From assembly GCA_964247055.1 (NCBI GenBank), contig OZ176056.1:7316001-7380000 (forward strand): a DNA stretch of 64,000 nucleotides. The letters run 5' to 3'. Numbering within the stretch: the stretch's first letter is position 1; the number at the start of each line of letters is the position of its first letter. The notes under the pieces are model-generated. The model did not search any database, was not told the origin of the DNA, and was given only the letters and a program-made list of their open reading frames with translations. A program made the position numbers and the translations under genes. The stretch is from Paragordius varius. Taxonomy: Eukaryota > Animalia > Nematomorpha. This document shows positions 41,064 through 54,900 of the stretch, in pieces.

Positions 41064-44000
41064 ACCGATGGGAGGGCAAGGAGGTGCATCTTGCCCCGGG
41101 CGCCGTTATTTAGGGGCGCCTAAATGTTTTTTTAAATTACATTTAAATTATGCAATGATAACAACTTTCAAGTAAGTTTTTTCAGCAACTTAGGTAATTT
41201 CTATATAAAAATTATATAAATGAGACCAAGATCAAACATTATGCAAAAAACAACTTTCATTATTCCCTTCAACACAAAGTTATTATTTCGCTTGAAAAAC
41301 GTTTCTTACGCACATATTGTTAATTCTTTTATTGCCTTTAATAATTATATTAACTTCTCGTTCTGTTCAAAACCTTATCTCTTATTCTTATAATAGCCGT
41401 GATTTTTTATAAATACTTTTCATCAGATACCAATGCCTAAACTCAGCGGTTATTCAAATAGGAAACGGTAAATCCATGAAGAGAATAAATCAAATAAAAT
41501 GCGAATGAGTATGAAATTTTATTTAACGAAAATATCTGACCCTAACATTGCAAAAGTGTGTGCGACCCAAATATAACAGCACCCCTACAAAATAACTTTA
41601 ATACACCAGAAACCCTAGTTATTGATCCAATATATAGAGATGAGAAAACTACAAATTACCATTAGTAATTCCAAGCGCTCTACCTATAGAGTTTAATAAT
41701 GTCGCCTTTTTCTAATAATAATGTTCCTCTAGTAAAATCGAATAAGCTTCGCACAGAAATGATTATTCGTGGACCTCTAGTATATCAAAATGATTGCCAT
41801 CTCTTTAAAACAAAAAATCATCGTTCAATGCCCCAATCTTGATTTTTTCGACGTGTCGGTAAAAAGAAGGATTTGAAGTTGAGAGGTCTTGGTTTTTATA
41901 TTCACCAAAGAACAGATCTGCGTATGGTTATTGTTGCCTACTTTTTACTTACATCGAATATTGGCCTGCATGAAATTTCTAATCAACCAAAATCTCCTTT
42001 TTCGAGGACATGTTGCAAGAGTAATGTATCTAGATGACTAAGCACCAAATCCTGGAATCTTATCTTCACTACAACTTGTAGCTCGGTGTGACCCAATAAT
42101 GGGAGAACACATGAGAAACATTGAATCTCCTAACACTTTAACCCAGTGATACTCAAACCGCGGCCCGCGGGCCGCATGCGGCCCTAAGAATGCTTTAAAA
42201 TTGCCCTATGACCATTACTTAATTATTTTTTTATTGATGAATTTTTAAAATACCCTAAACAAATTTTCGCTTACTTTAATATTATTTATTTTCTTTAGAT
42301 TTAATTTTGGTAATTTTTATTTTTTACCGAATTTGAAAAATGTAGAAAAATTTCCCTACATTAAAATGATTTCAAAATTTTGGCACACGTTGTTTCTGTT
42401 TCTGTATTCTATTTTCTTTTCAATTTTGAAATTTTTATTCCATTCCTTTTTTGTATTTAAGCAAGCCTTTCACCCAAACTTGCATATACATATTCTTTTC
42501 ATTGCTATCCTGCATCATTTTTTATATCATTTCCATATATTTTACAAATCAACATCATAAAATTTCGCCCTGTTTTTTATAGCATAATTCAATTATATTC
42601 CTATTTTTTTAAAAAAAATTTACATAATATTTAAACATAAATTCAATGGATGACGTTTAATGCTAAAAAACGTAAATTATCCGATGAAAATCACTCCTTT
42701 AAAAAGAATGGGAGAATACTTTGTCGTTCCAAATAAAAATGGTGTTACCAGCCAGGACAACCTAATTATAAAAATACAACATTGAAACACATATTACAAT
42801 CCATTCTCAATTACCAAAAAATTATGAGGAAAAAAACGAAAAATATAAAAGGATTAAGGAACTATACCAGAAAGAAAAATCTATTATGTCCATAGCTTTC
42901 GCCTAGGAAAAAGGTGTAACATTAGCTTCTTATAAAATTTGCTATATTTTAGGAAATACATGAAACCGTTTACTGATTCCCAACTGATAAAAGAATGTCT
43001 AATAAATGGTTGCAGTTTTTTTTGATAAATTCCATAATAAAGATCAAATCATGAGACAATTAGGAAACTTCAACTTTCTGATTCAACATGTGCTCGACGC
43101 TTTGAAGATATGTCCAATTATATTTTTAACAATTCATTATTGGCTCTGAAAAACGAATATTTTAGTATTTCTATTTCTAGCCCTGATATTAGTTCAACAC
43201 CTCAATGTGCGCTCTTTGTGAGATTTTGCAACGACAACATAATCAACGAGGAATATTTAATATATTTACCAATTAATAATACCACAAAAAGTGGTTTTCT
43301 CAAAATAATTATCACTTACTTCGATAATAATGGATTATCTATGAAAATATTGGTTTCGATCTGCACAGATGGCTGTCCCTCTATTGGAATAAACAAATTT
43401 ATTCCTTTTTTGAAAAACAGATATAATTTGCAAAATATTTTATCCTTTCACTGCTTTATTCATCAGCAAAACTTGATTTCGCGTGTAAAAGATGAATCAC
43501 TCAATTCAGTAATTAAAACGGTTGTGTATATAGTTAACCCCCTCCGTGGCAGATAATTCAACCGCCGTAAATTAAAAAGCCTTCTGAAAGATATCCACAG
43601 TGAGTTTGACAATATTCTTCTGTAAACCGCTAAGATAGCTAAGCCTTAGAAAAGTATTAAAGAGATTTTTTGATTTAAGGCATGAATTCTATTATTTATG
43701 AAGGAGAACAGAAAGTCGTGGAAATTAATAGTGATAAATGGTGGGTTTATTAGCCTACCTTTGTGACATTTTATAAACTTAATTTTTCAATACAATGCTT
43801 CAAGGGACCAAAATAATAAAAATTTGCTAATCAAATATTTGCTTTTGAATAAAACAAGATATCATAAATAAACACTCCTATAATTTCCGACACCTAAAAC
43901 GATTCTTGAATAAAACATGGAACTTACCGCGGAGATTAATTTAATAATAGACAATCATTTAGCATTTTTATCTAATAAGATGAAATTCTTCAAGAATTAG

Positions 44001-45477
44001 AAATATTAATAATTGCTTAAAACTCGTTAAAAATCCATGGCATATGGATATACCAATAATAAGCAAATTAGGAATTTCGGTTTTGATCAGGCTATCATAG
44101 AAGAATTCGTAGATTTTAAAAATGATTCCAATTTGGAGGCTAAATTCAAGGGGAATCATAGAGAAGAAAGATATGATTTGGCAAGATGTGCCAAATAAAT
44201 ACGAAAATATAAAAAAATGTGCTCAAGTTATCCTAACTGTTTTTCCCTCAACTTATACACGTGGTCGGCATATTCAAAAATGAAGTATGCCAAGAATTCA
44301 TACAGAAATCGATTAACCGATGATCACATGGACGACGTATTAAGATTGGCTTGTCATGAGGCAAAACCAAATTTAATGGTGCAAAACGAGTTTTTAGCTG
44401 GATTTACATGCGCAAAAAATCATTGTGGTGATTTAGAGTATAAATATGTGCATATGTGTCAAATAGCTATGGAATATATTCGATTATAAGGTTCATGGCC
44501 CTCGAAAAAAAAATATATTTTATTTGGCCCGTCAATTTTTTTTAGTGAGTACCACTGCTTTAACCTATGTTTCATCCAAAATCCAAAACAAGTTTATACA
44601 TCTTTTGGCTTCAAGAGTTAAAACTAAATTGATAAATGACATTAAAAAAGTAAATATTATGGACTTATATTAGATCTAACGAAGATATAGCGCACCGAGA
44701 ACAAATTTCTCAAGTTGCCAAGTAGGTGTTTATTAAATATGAGAGAAATAGAGTTGTCATAAAGGTATCTTTTTTGGGTTTTTTTCAGTTATTCAACAAA
44801 GATGCACTGTCAACTTAAAAGGTAATTTTAGAAAATTTAAATATGGATAATATTAAGTTATCAAATTGTAGATCTCAATGCTATAATAATGTAGGTGTGA
44901 TGTCGGGTCACATTTCAAGCGTTTAACAAAGAATTCTGGAAAAAATAAAAGAGCAATTGCTAATTGTGACACTCGTTCCTTGAATTTGGTAATAGTCACG
45001 TTAGCAAAACAAGATGTTTTTGTTGTGACCTGTTTCGGAATAGTTGAAAATAACCATCTTTTTTTAACTATTAGATGGGACCTATTGAAAAATTAACTAA
45101 AAAACTGTTAAGCGTGAGTCTGAAGCCCGATGGAGTGCTAGAATTTAAGCAGTTAATCCCATTGTTGAGAGAATAGATGATTTGATAGAGCTATTAGAAG
45201 ATTTAAGTAAGAATACTTTAAATACTAGTTAAACAAGAAGTGAGACATCATTTTACAGAGTGTTTTTAATTTCAGTTTTTTAACATTGATTTTTTTCTGC
45301 CATCATCGATAGGGTTCAACATAGATTGCAAGATCCTAAAATTAAATTTGATGAAGCATTTAAGGACGTTAATATTTTTTTACTAAATAGTTTTATTGGA
45401 TTTCAAAAAGAGGAGGAGAGAGCGGGCGCCCTTATAGTTTTATGCCACGGGCGCCGCAAATGCTCGGTACGCCACTG
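41064..45477 (+). mobile_element. Degraded hAT element with a ZMYM1-like/TTF-zinc-finger transposase, interrupted by the Buster insertion
   Basis: ERSW..YSPKN....YCC zinc-finger remnant (~41880-41940); TYVSSKIQNKFIHLLAS continues right after 44557; CDTRSLNLV and SEARWSAR remnants; right end GGTACGCCACTG; near-matching flanks GCAACTAG (41056-41063) and GCAACTAC (45478-45485). Confidence 0.8.
42144..44557 (+). mobile_element. Buster/Charlie-type hAT transposon (2414 bp), transposase degraded
   Basis: TIR CAGTGATACTCA / TGAGTACCACTG; perfect 8-bp TSD CTTTAACC (42136-42143, 44558-44565) with the central TA typical of Buster; GGCCCGCGGGCCGCATGCGGCCC subterminal motif; transposase pieces ICTDGCP, HCFIHQQ, KNSYRNRLTDDH. 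Confidence 0.95.
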
Positions 45478-45867
45478 GCAACTACACTTTTTTGATATAA
45501 TTCGATATGCTAAACATCTTTAAATACATCAGAATTCTGATTAAAACATATCTTCGTCTGGAAATTAAAGTACAATTATATCTAATAAATACATTTTCTA
45601 TTTTATAAAAAAATGGAGGTGCAAATGTTTACCATCGTCGAATTATATAAATTGTTTAAAATATCTTAAACTGTTGGACCGTTATTACCTGCTATAAATT
45701 ATCATAAAACTTCAGAAAAAAATTGCTTTAGATTAATATTTTAAACAAATGCATTTTTTCAAAAAAAAGATTTTTTGATGTCAGAAACTAGCATAGACTA
45801 ATGTAACGCAAAACATCGGCTTTTTGCGTTTATTAAAAAAACTATATAGACTTTGGGGGCCCGTATA

Positions 45868-46035
45868 TTCAAATGATGGTATAGTAGGTAGGGCGCTGAA
45901 CTCTCACACTACGTGCCTGAGTTCGAACCCCGAAACTACGAATTTTTTCCATCATCACTGTCAGCCCTAGGCAGGCAAGCGTTAAAGCCTTCACATGTCT
46001 GGATACAAATTTAAGTCCTTACCCTTTAATAAAAA
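45868..46035 (+). mobile_element. tRNA-derived SINE
   Basis: A-box TGGTATAGTAGG (45877) and B-box GAGTTCGAACCC (45919), followed by non-tRNA sequence and an A-rich tail; no acceptor stem. Confidence 0.6.
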
Positions 46036-46741
46036 AGAGACTCTAAACTGTATATTTATATTTAAATTCTATAAAAAAAGCGTTTTGCTCTTTTAAAACA
46101 GTATATGATTTTATAAATGATAATTTTTAAATAAATTATATAGCTTTCACCAAAAATTTTTTGGCAAAATGTGCAAAATATTTTCAATTTTTGATATTAA
46201 GCAATTAGTTAGCACAAAATGTAAATATTTTTTCCTTTATCCATAAGCCCAAACCAAAAGCAGAATCCTGACATATTCATATCACACTTTTATGGCAGCA
46301 AACTTTACACACACAAAAAAGTGCTGGAAAAATCAAAACTAATGGTTTTTTTATATCGTTTTGGCTCTTCTAAACAGATCTAAAAACCTTCTAGCTCTAT
46401 TCAACCATAATTTAAGACTCCCGTAGCTTTTATTCATTAAGATTTCAAAAATGCTTTTACAACGGTTTTATACAACAGCGTTCCATTAAAATTGTGATTT
46501 TAGTTAAACATACAAAATTTTATGGTTTGTTTGAAAAGAGCCGATACCTAAATCATTTGACAAAAATGATGGAAAACCACAATGGAAAATATTTCGACAA
46601 AAAAATCGTAAAATCATCTATCAATTTTGTTTACGGATATCAGTAAAAACTGTGGCAAAGATCTGTATTGGAATAACATGTACAATGTTAAATTTATTTG
46701 CTATATATATACATATCCCCTTAAAAATTTATATTAATTCA

Positions 46742-47008
46742 TTATTTTTTTAAAATTTTTGATTGTCCGCTAAGTGTAAAAGCTTCAGAAACCCATTCAT
46801 TGATTAACGCTGCAGGGTAGGAATAATTTGTAAAAATAGCCTTGATTGAAGTTTCATCCAAGTTTTTATATTGTTCTTCATCTAAATAAATATAAGTTTA
46901 CAAATAATCATTAATAAATTGCATTTAAATAATGTGATATAAGCCAAAAAATAATTATTTAATATTTTAATCTAAATTTTATTTTTATACTTTAAAAATG
47001 GCATAGTT

Positions 47009-47051
<43 letters not shown>

Positions 47052-50000
47052 TGTTAATTTACCTTTGATTATTAAATGACCAGCTATTTCGCACGCGGCA
47101 ACATTTATATCGGTAGAACAGGTTTTGTCTATTTTTCATAATAAAAAAATATCAACAATATTATATGCTCGCAATAAAAACTTAATATTTTGACATATAA
47201 GAAATTGAATGTAAAAAATTCCATACTCAATACAAAATAAAATATAGGCCAATAATATCTTTTAAAAAATCCCCCCCCCCCGACTTTTAAATATTAAATC
47301 CATTAAATATATTCTAAATACATCCAGCTTTAAACACTTAAAATTTAAGATGTAATAAGTCAAAACAAAAAAAGTTATTAAAGTTTTATAATAAAATTTA
47401 AAATAAATATATGCCTTTAAAATTTAACTCAATTACTTACGAAAGTTTGGTTTTCTAGGCCACACATAACATTTAATGCCTAATTGTTGATTGTCGACAT
47501 AGGCCCAAGTAGCAAATAAATTATGTGGTATGCTATTTTGCTCCAAAAAATCAATGAATTGCGTTATCATTCTGTTAAATATTTAAAAAAAATTAGTCAC
47601 TAATAGTTAGCCTAATTAAGACCATATATATATATATATATATATATGGTTTAATTTATCAAAATATTCATAAAAATCAAGATGAAAGTTATATCGGAAG
47701 AAAAAAACCGATAGGCATGACAAAACAATTTAATTAACTATTTTTTCGTAAAAATAAATAATCTTAAACAAAACTTATACATAATACCCTTCAAAAAAAG
47801 TCAAAAATGTTGTAAAATACTAATTAAAGGTAAACCTAGCTCCTTTCTGTAAGGATAATGTATTCAAACCCCCATAGATTGGATAATTTTCGAAGGAAAT
47901 TTCACCATTGTCACAAGAATAAGACATATTATCAGACATAACTAAACAATTATTTTTATCATTATTGTAGTCTTGTATTTTACCATTGTTTATGCAAAAA
48001 CCATTATTAATATTGTTATCTGTCGCGTGGAGTTCTTTAATGACAAAACACAGACCTGGTAACGTTATTTCAGAGTTATCATGAGGTGAACGAGGTGTAA
48101 AGTGAACACAATTATAGAAGGGTGTACCCTTGAGACAATCAAGTTTCTCTAATGGCTATACGTTAAAATAAAAATTGAGTAAAATATACCATTTACAGTT
48201 CAAATTGACCCTTGAACAATTCAAATTCACCCTCGAACAATTCAAATTCACCCTAAAAATAAATTATGTGTTTTCGAACTAATATAACTCATTATTAATA
48301 TAAAATATATTTTTATGGCATAATTAATTATTTTTTTCAGTATTATTTTAATTTAAAACAAAATTTTATTTTTTAAAAATATATTAAAATATAGGTAATT
48401 TTTAATCTTAAAAAACATGTTATTTATTTGAGGGTGAATTTGAATTGTTCGAGGGTGAATTTGAATTGTTCAAGGGTGAATTTAATTTGTTTAAGGGTGA
48501 ATTTGAACTGTAAATGGTATATCTAAAACTAAACCTTTAATTATTATTGCAATTATAATTCAGCTAAAATTATATGAATTTATTGGGGTAAACTTTCGAT
48601 TACTACTAGTAATCTTTGTCAAACATAAAAAATAAAATTAAAATATAAACTAAAAAATAAAGTATAAAGTAAAAATAATACAGACAAAATATGGTAAAAT
48701 ATTTGACTTTTGTTGTCCCTTATTATGATATCGAAATAACTAGTAAATCCAATTAAACGGAGTTGTTAAAACCTGTCTGTCTAATTGTAATTAAAGTTTA
48801 TGTGTCTCTTTTATAATTCTACATGATTACGGTTGCTAATGGTGTTAAATTAATTATCTTATATAAACGTAATATTATAACAAACAAAAATTTTGTATTG
48901 GATAAAAGGAGCATATTACTCATTTTACGTATTTTTATAACAAAAGTTATTTAGGTTAACATTTTATGACCTTGTTATTATTTTGATCGTGATGACATAT
49001 TGGGGTATTTTATATCCCAGAGCTTGATCTTGTTAAAAAAATACTTTTTTAAAAGTTATTTTGGATAAAATTTGATTAGCAAACATTTTTCTCCTGTATT
49101 AGATACAAAAGCTTATATTTTTAACAGTTTTGTAACCGCTTAAGTCTAAAATTGGGACAGCGCCAAAATTTAGAAAAAAAACAACTGTTCTTAACAATTA
49201 TCAAGTTTTGCTGTTAAAATGCAAAATAGAAGCATTAAACCTAAATATTTACATTTTAACCATTTTACACCCAATATATAGATTTAAAAGAAAAAAAATG
49301 GGGGAAAAATATTGAGATAAAACTATTTTACATTTTTTTGTATTATGGGCCTAAAAGGCTAACGAAAACATATTTTTAAATTCGGCCTAAAACTCCTTAA
49401 ATACATGTTGAGAAATTAAAATTTCATATCGCTCTTCTTGGACTACACCAAAAGGTCTAAAGTGTAAAATCTCCGTAAATATTAATTCTTACTGTATTGA
49501 TTTACTCTATTTGAACTTAGAATTGATACCATTGATTAAATACATGTAAATTACGAATGATATGACAAAAAAGCTAAAAAAAACGTTATTTTTAAATGGG
49601 ACAAATCAAATCTCACCAAATCAAGTTCCGTATACAAAGTGTATGGTAAATAAAATGCATGAATATGCAAGTGATTAACCGAAGCGCATGCTAATTGGCT
49701 GTTATAGGCTAATCTCATTTTCCTATAACCATATAATATATATACATATATATACATATATATACATATATAATTTACGACAAATGTATTAATTATTAAA
49801 ACAAAAGTTGTAATTTGCGGATAAAATTTAAAAATTTACAACTAAAACTAAGATATGACAAAAAATTGAAATTTGATACAAAGGACACATAAAAGCATAG
49901 TAAAAAACGTTTAAAAATAACATTAATACTTTTAATAATAGAAAACAAAAAAAAATAAAAAAAACATGGGTAAAATTGAAAGGTAAATGATAACAATTTA

Positions 50001-50917
50001 AATATTACAATTTTATAATTGTATTAGACGGAGCATTTTCCCCTAATAAAAGTAATTTTACTAGGCCTTTTATAAATAACAACCCATTTAAAAGTTATTG
50101 ACTTTGTAGATAAATTGTAAAATTATAGAGGTAAATTGGTAGACTCCTAGGATTCAAAAAACATGTTATTGTTCGCAATAAATTTATTCTTGTACTTTGG
50201 ACTTTTATTGTAAATTAATTTTATTAAAAATTTGTATAAAACAGATATAACATAAGCAAAATATAAAACCTATTTGGATGACTTTTTCCCAAAAACTCTA
50301 AAGCAAAGGAAATCGCTTCATAATCCAATCTCTATAATAGAAATTTTTTTCTTTATATTGCAAAAAACTTGTGGTAAACATTCTGTTAATCTAGGAACCA
50401 ATAAAACATTACAATGAGCTAAAGGGCTGGCATTTATAATTACGGCATTATATGTGGATTCTAAACATTAGTTATATGTAATTATTATATAATTTAAATT
50501 TATCGTTTGATTTGTATGCATTAGAAATAAAAATACAATTATTGATTTTAAATCATAACTGAGGTGTCATCCTATGATATACCTGTATAAAATTTTATTA
50601 ATATCTGATGTATATAATTATGAATACTTCGTCTGGTTGTATCTTGGTAAAATTAAATTTTGTTGAATCAAATGGTTCGTGCATATGTTTAAGGAATTGC
50701 GGTTCTCGTCGTTCAAAAGCTCTCTTGGCATTTAGCTAAAATATTTATTTATAATTACTTGTAACAAAAATTTAATATTTTTTCCAACATGCTTGGATGG
50801 TGTTAAAATGTCGTATATGAATCTAAATATATTTTTTCGTTCAGCTTCATCCCATTTTGTTAAGAGAAAAGTATCAAAATTTAAATTTTTCGGACTAGCA
50901 TTGGTGAGCATAACCAT
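46742..50917 (-). CDS. GDPGP1: GDP-D-glucose phosphorylase 1 (HIT-family, GDPGP1/VTC2-like). Exons 50917-50759 (start uncertain), 50735-50628, 50604-50583, 50460-50369, 50331-50270, 49722-49617, 48155-47836, 47571-47441, 47128-47063, 46881-46742
   Basis: All introns are GT-AG with matching phases, giving one ORF with family motifs FDTFLLTKW...IFRF, QLNAKRAFERREPQ, FNFTKI, IINASPL..CNVLLVP, LPQ, AYNS...ASVNHLHIH (HIT), PHNLF, VWPRK, NVAACEIAGH. Confidence 0.92.
48185..48522. repeat. Foldback-like MITE inside the 1461-nt GDPGP1 intron
   Basis: TATACCATTTACAGTTCAAATT / AATTTGAACTGTAAATGGTATA with tandem gaacaattcaaattcaccc subunits in both arms. Confidence 0.85.
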
Positions 50918-51944
50918 ATGGTGTAAAACACACTGTGTCCGAAATCTATAGATTGATAAAATATGTATTCTGCACATTTTTCTAGCCAAGTTTTTGGAGC
51001 CAAATGCATTATTCCAAATACTAACATATACAATTTGTAGAACATACAATATTTACTTTAAATTTTTGATGTAGGTACCGAAAATTTTAAATTTAAAGAC
51101 GTCAAAAATGAACCAAATTTGTTAAAATCGGAAAATACCGAAACTTCGCAATAAAATATCACCGCTAAATATTGACATCAAAAAAAGTTTAGAAATGGAT
51201 TGCTCAAATTAATTTTGTGATATTAATAAAAACATTTCTAAGCATCTCCCGGTACAAAAACACTGTAAAATATTATATTTCTATGCTCTTAACTATTAAA
51301 AATACATCACTAAAATAATCCGTAACTCAAAATCAAAAGCACCCTGAGAGGGACACATCATATCAAAATACATAAACTAATATATAATCCACACTTATCA
51401 AAAAAACGATTAAAAGTGACAATTACCATACCATTAATATTTACTTATATTTTAAATATAGAGAGATGTAAAAAATACACTAAATTGTAAAACAGTCATG
51501 TCGATAAGTATGTTCAAAGGATATCTTCACCATAAATGGTTAAATAGTCAGTATTTTTGACCCAGGCTGGCATCAAACAATATATTTTATCACACATCAA
51601 TAAATAATTAAAATTTTTAATCACATATTCACTTGTCAATAAGAGCAATGACGTGTATATTATTTTTGCCTTAAAAGGCTTATTTGGTCATTATTTCTCC
51701 TAAAAACAATACCAGTTTATACCAGGGCTTCTTAAACTTTTGTAGTTCCCGACCCCAATTAAATGGCGTTTTTCTTAATGAACCCAACCAAATATAAATG
51801 AAAAATAATATTCTTCGAAATAACACTTAGAAGTTTTGTTGATAATATTTATCAGTATTTCGGTTTTAGGAGATTAACAAAAATCAATATACTTTATTAT
51901 AAATTTCGATAACATTTTCTGATTTATAGTAAATTTATAAGATA

Positions 51945-54900
51945 CTAGCTGGCCCTGTCACGCTTCTGTGACGCAGTCCCTCCGATAGTTATTCCTTATA
52001 TTTGCAATAAATGATTTAATGGAGGTAAAAAAATTATAAGAAATGTCTTTAATTATTCTTTTACAAATTTTCGCATAGGCTCAAAAATTGTTTACTCGAA
52101 ATTGCTCATATTTAAACTGTCCCTTATTAAAATTAATATTCAACTATCATTGGATTTATTTTAAGATTTTATTTTTACGAAATCATGGTTAAAAGTTTTA
52201 CATTGTGTGTTCACACATCTGGGATCAAGGGATATAAAAAGTAAATCATTTGTAATCCCTTTTTTAAGGAAATAATGATATTATACAAATTATTCAGATA
52301 TGTGTTAAACTGAACTCGTATGGCTGCTTAAGTTTTATAAAAATTAGCTCCAAAACTACGCCATTTTTATATGGCGTCTCTGTTTTAAACGGGTAGACCC
52401 CTACCCATAGTATGGAAAAAGCGCTGAGTTAAATTCTTTTTTATGGGGCAAATATTTGGAATCATCTTTGATACCATCGTCTTATGGGTAATTCAAAAAA
52501 ATACCTCAACACTAAATAATCGTTATATGATGGCGAGGGCATAAAGACCCAAAATAACGGCTAAAAAGCCCGACCTTAATTTTTACCTAGTTACGGGTAT
52601 TATTTCATTTTAATGAGCTCATATGGCTTCAGTAAATTAGCTCCAAAACAACGCAATTTCTATATTGTGGCCAGTTTTAGCGGCTATCTGTTTACCCAGC
52701 AGCCAATATTAAGAAAACGCAAGACTAAAATTTTTGCCTTTTAACAGGAAATACCTGGAATCCTCATTAAGTTTTAACGGCTTAGCAAAAAAATGTTTAT
52801 TTTTTTTGAAAAAAATAGCCTTTTACAGGGGAAGAGGGTAGAAAGAGAGCATAAATTAAAAAATAAGCCGACTATGTACGGCGCAATCGAGAAAGATAAA
52901 AAAATCATATGAAATCCAACACGTTTTCCGGAAAATTGCAAAGACAATTTTTGTGGGCTTGTGTTTTCAAAAAACCCGTTGTTTACACGGGGTGGGCCCG
53001 AACTGGGGGCCTAACTCAAAAAAAGAACGAAGCTATTGTCGGAGCATTTATTAATGATTATGTTTTTTGACATTTGGATTTGAATGATACCGATTTTCCG
53101 GAAACAGATCACAAAGCCACCACTTTCCATTTTTATAAATATATAGATTAGTAGCGTAAATCTCGTGCTGCTACGCAGTCCGAGGAAGTCCTTCGGACTT
53201 CTGGGGGGGGTTTCGAAGTTTGGATTTGAATGGGTCTACCGGTTTTCCGGTACCAGAACACAAAGTTACATGAGGAATAAGTTTTTAGCAGGTAGCTCCT
53301 TACTTAGCAGCTATCATCAAAGAAACGGTGGACTAAAATTTTTGCTTTTTAACAGGGAATACGTGGAATCCATATTGAATTTTTACGGTCTCATACCTAG
53401 GGCGAAAAATCGATTTAAAAAAAATATTTTTGTGGACTTTGTTTTTTGAAAAAGGTGGCATTTTACGGGGGGAGCGGGTAAAAAGAGGGCCTAAATCAAT
53501 GTGACTCGACTATTTCGGCGCAATCGAAAATAAGTATACAAAAATCATATTTGAAATAGAATGGACCATCACGTTCTCCAGAAAATTGTCTCAAAGACAC
53601 AATATTTGTGGACTTCTGTTTTCAAAAAAAACCCGTTTTTCACACGGGGTGGGCCCGAACTGGGGGCCTATTTCAAAAAAAGGGCGAAGCTATTGTCGGG
53701 GCATTCATTAATGATTATATTTTTTCCAAGTTTGGATTTGAATGGGTTCACCGTTTTTTCTGTACCAGATCACAAAGCCAGCATTTTCCATTTTTATAAA
53801 TATATAGATTACCATAAATAATGTTTTATTATACATAGAGTAGCGTATGGAGTAAAAGATTGCTAGTGCAAAATAGAATAAAAAAATGATTTTTTAAAAA
53901 AACAATCCTAGTTGTAAATACACATATGTATAATGTCCCCTTGTTTTTTTAAAAAAAAACAATTTTTTATTCTATTTTCCACTAACAATCTTTTACTCCA
54001 TACGCTACTGTATATTTAACATATACATATGATAGATACTTTTTACTCAGCAGCTATCATCAAAGTAACGCTTGACTAAATTTTTTGCCTTTTAATTGGG
54101 AATACGTGGAATCTTTATTGAATTTTTACGGTCTCATACCTTGGGCAAAAAATCGATTAAAAAAATATTTTTGTGGACTTTGTTTTTTGAAAAAATGGCA
54201 TTTTACGGGGGGAGCGGGTAAAAATAGGGCCTAAATCAAAAAAGTGACTCGACTATGTTCGGCTCAATCGAAAACAACTAAATAAATATCATATTTGAAA
54301 TAGAATGGACCAACACGTTCTCCAAAAAATTGACTTAACCCTTTCACACGGGGTGGGCCCGAACTGGGGACCTAATTCCAAATAAGGGCGAAGCTATTGT
54401 CGGGGCTTTCATTAATGATTATATTTTTTCGATATTTGGATTTGAATGGGTTCACCGGTTTTCCGGAAACAGATCACAAAGTTATAGAGAAATCAGTTTT
54501 TCGCGGTTAGCTCCTTACCCAGCAGTTATCATCAAAGAAACGCTTGGCTAAAATTTTTGCCTTTTAACAGGGAATACGTGGAATCCATATTGAATTTTTA
54601 CGGTCTCATGTCTTGGTCGAAAAAGAGATTTAAAAAAATATTTTTGTGGACTTTGTTTTTTGAAAAAGGTGGTATTTTACGGGGGGAGCGGGTAAAAAGA
54701 GGGCCTAAATCAAAAAAGTGACTCGACTATGTTTGGCGCAATCGAAAATAACTTAAAAATCATATTTGAGAATGGACCAACACGTTCTCCGGAAAATTGT
54801 CTCAAAGACACGATTTTTGTGGACTTTTTTCAAAAAAAACCCGTTTTTCACATGGGGTGGGCCCGAACTGGGAGCCTAATTCAAAAAAAGGGCGAAGCTA

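Noticed and set aside
45868-45950. tRNA gene
   Set aside because: A and B boxes are present but there is no acceptor or anticodon stem; treated as a SINE head.
49420-49573. Next GDPGP1 exon via the acceptor at 49574 and a further apparent 23-nt GT-AG segment
   Set aside because: This frame hits TAA, or creates TGA on splicing, whereas the exon at 48155 continues the family motifs in the right phase.
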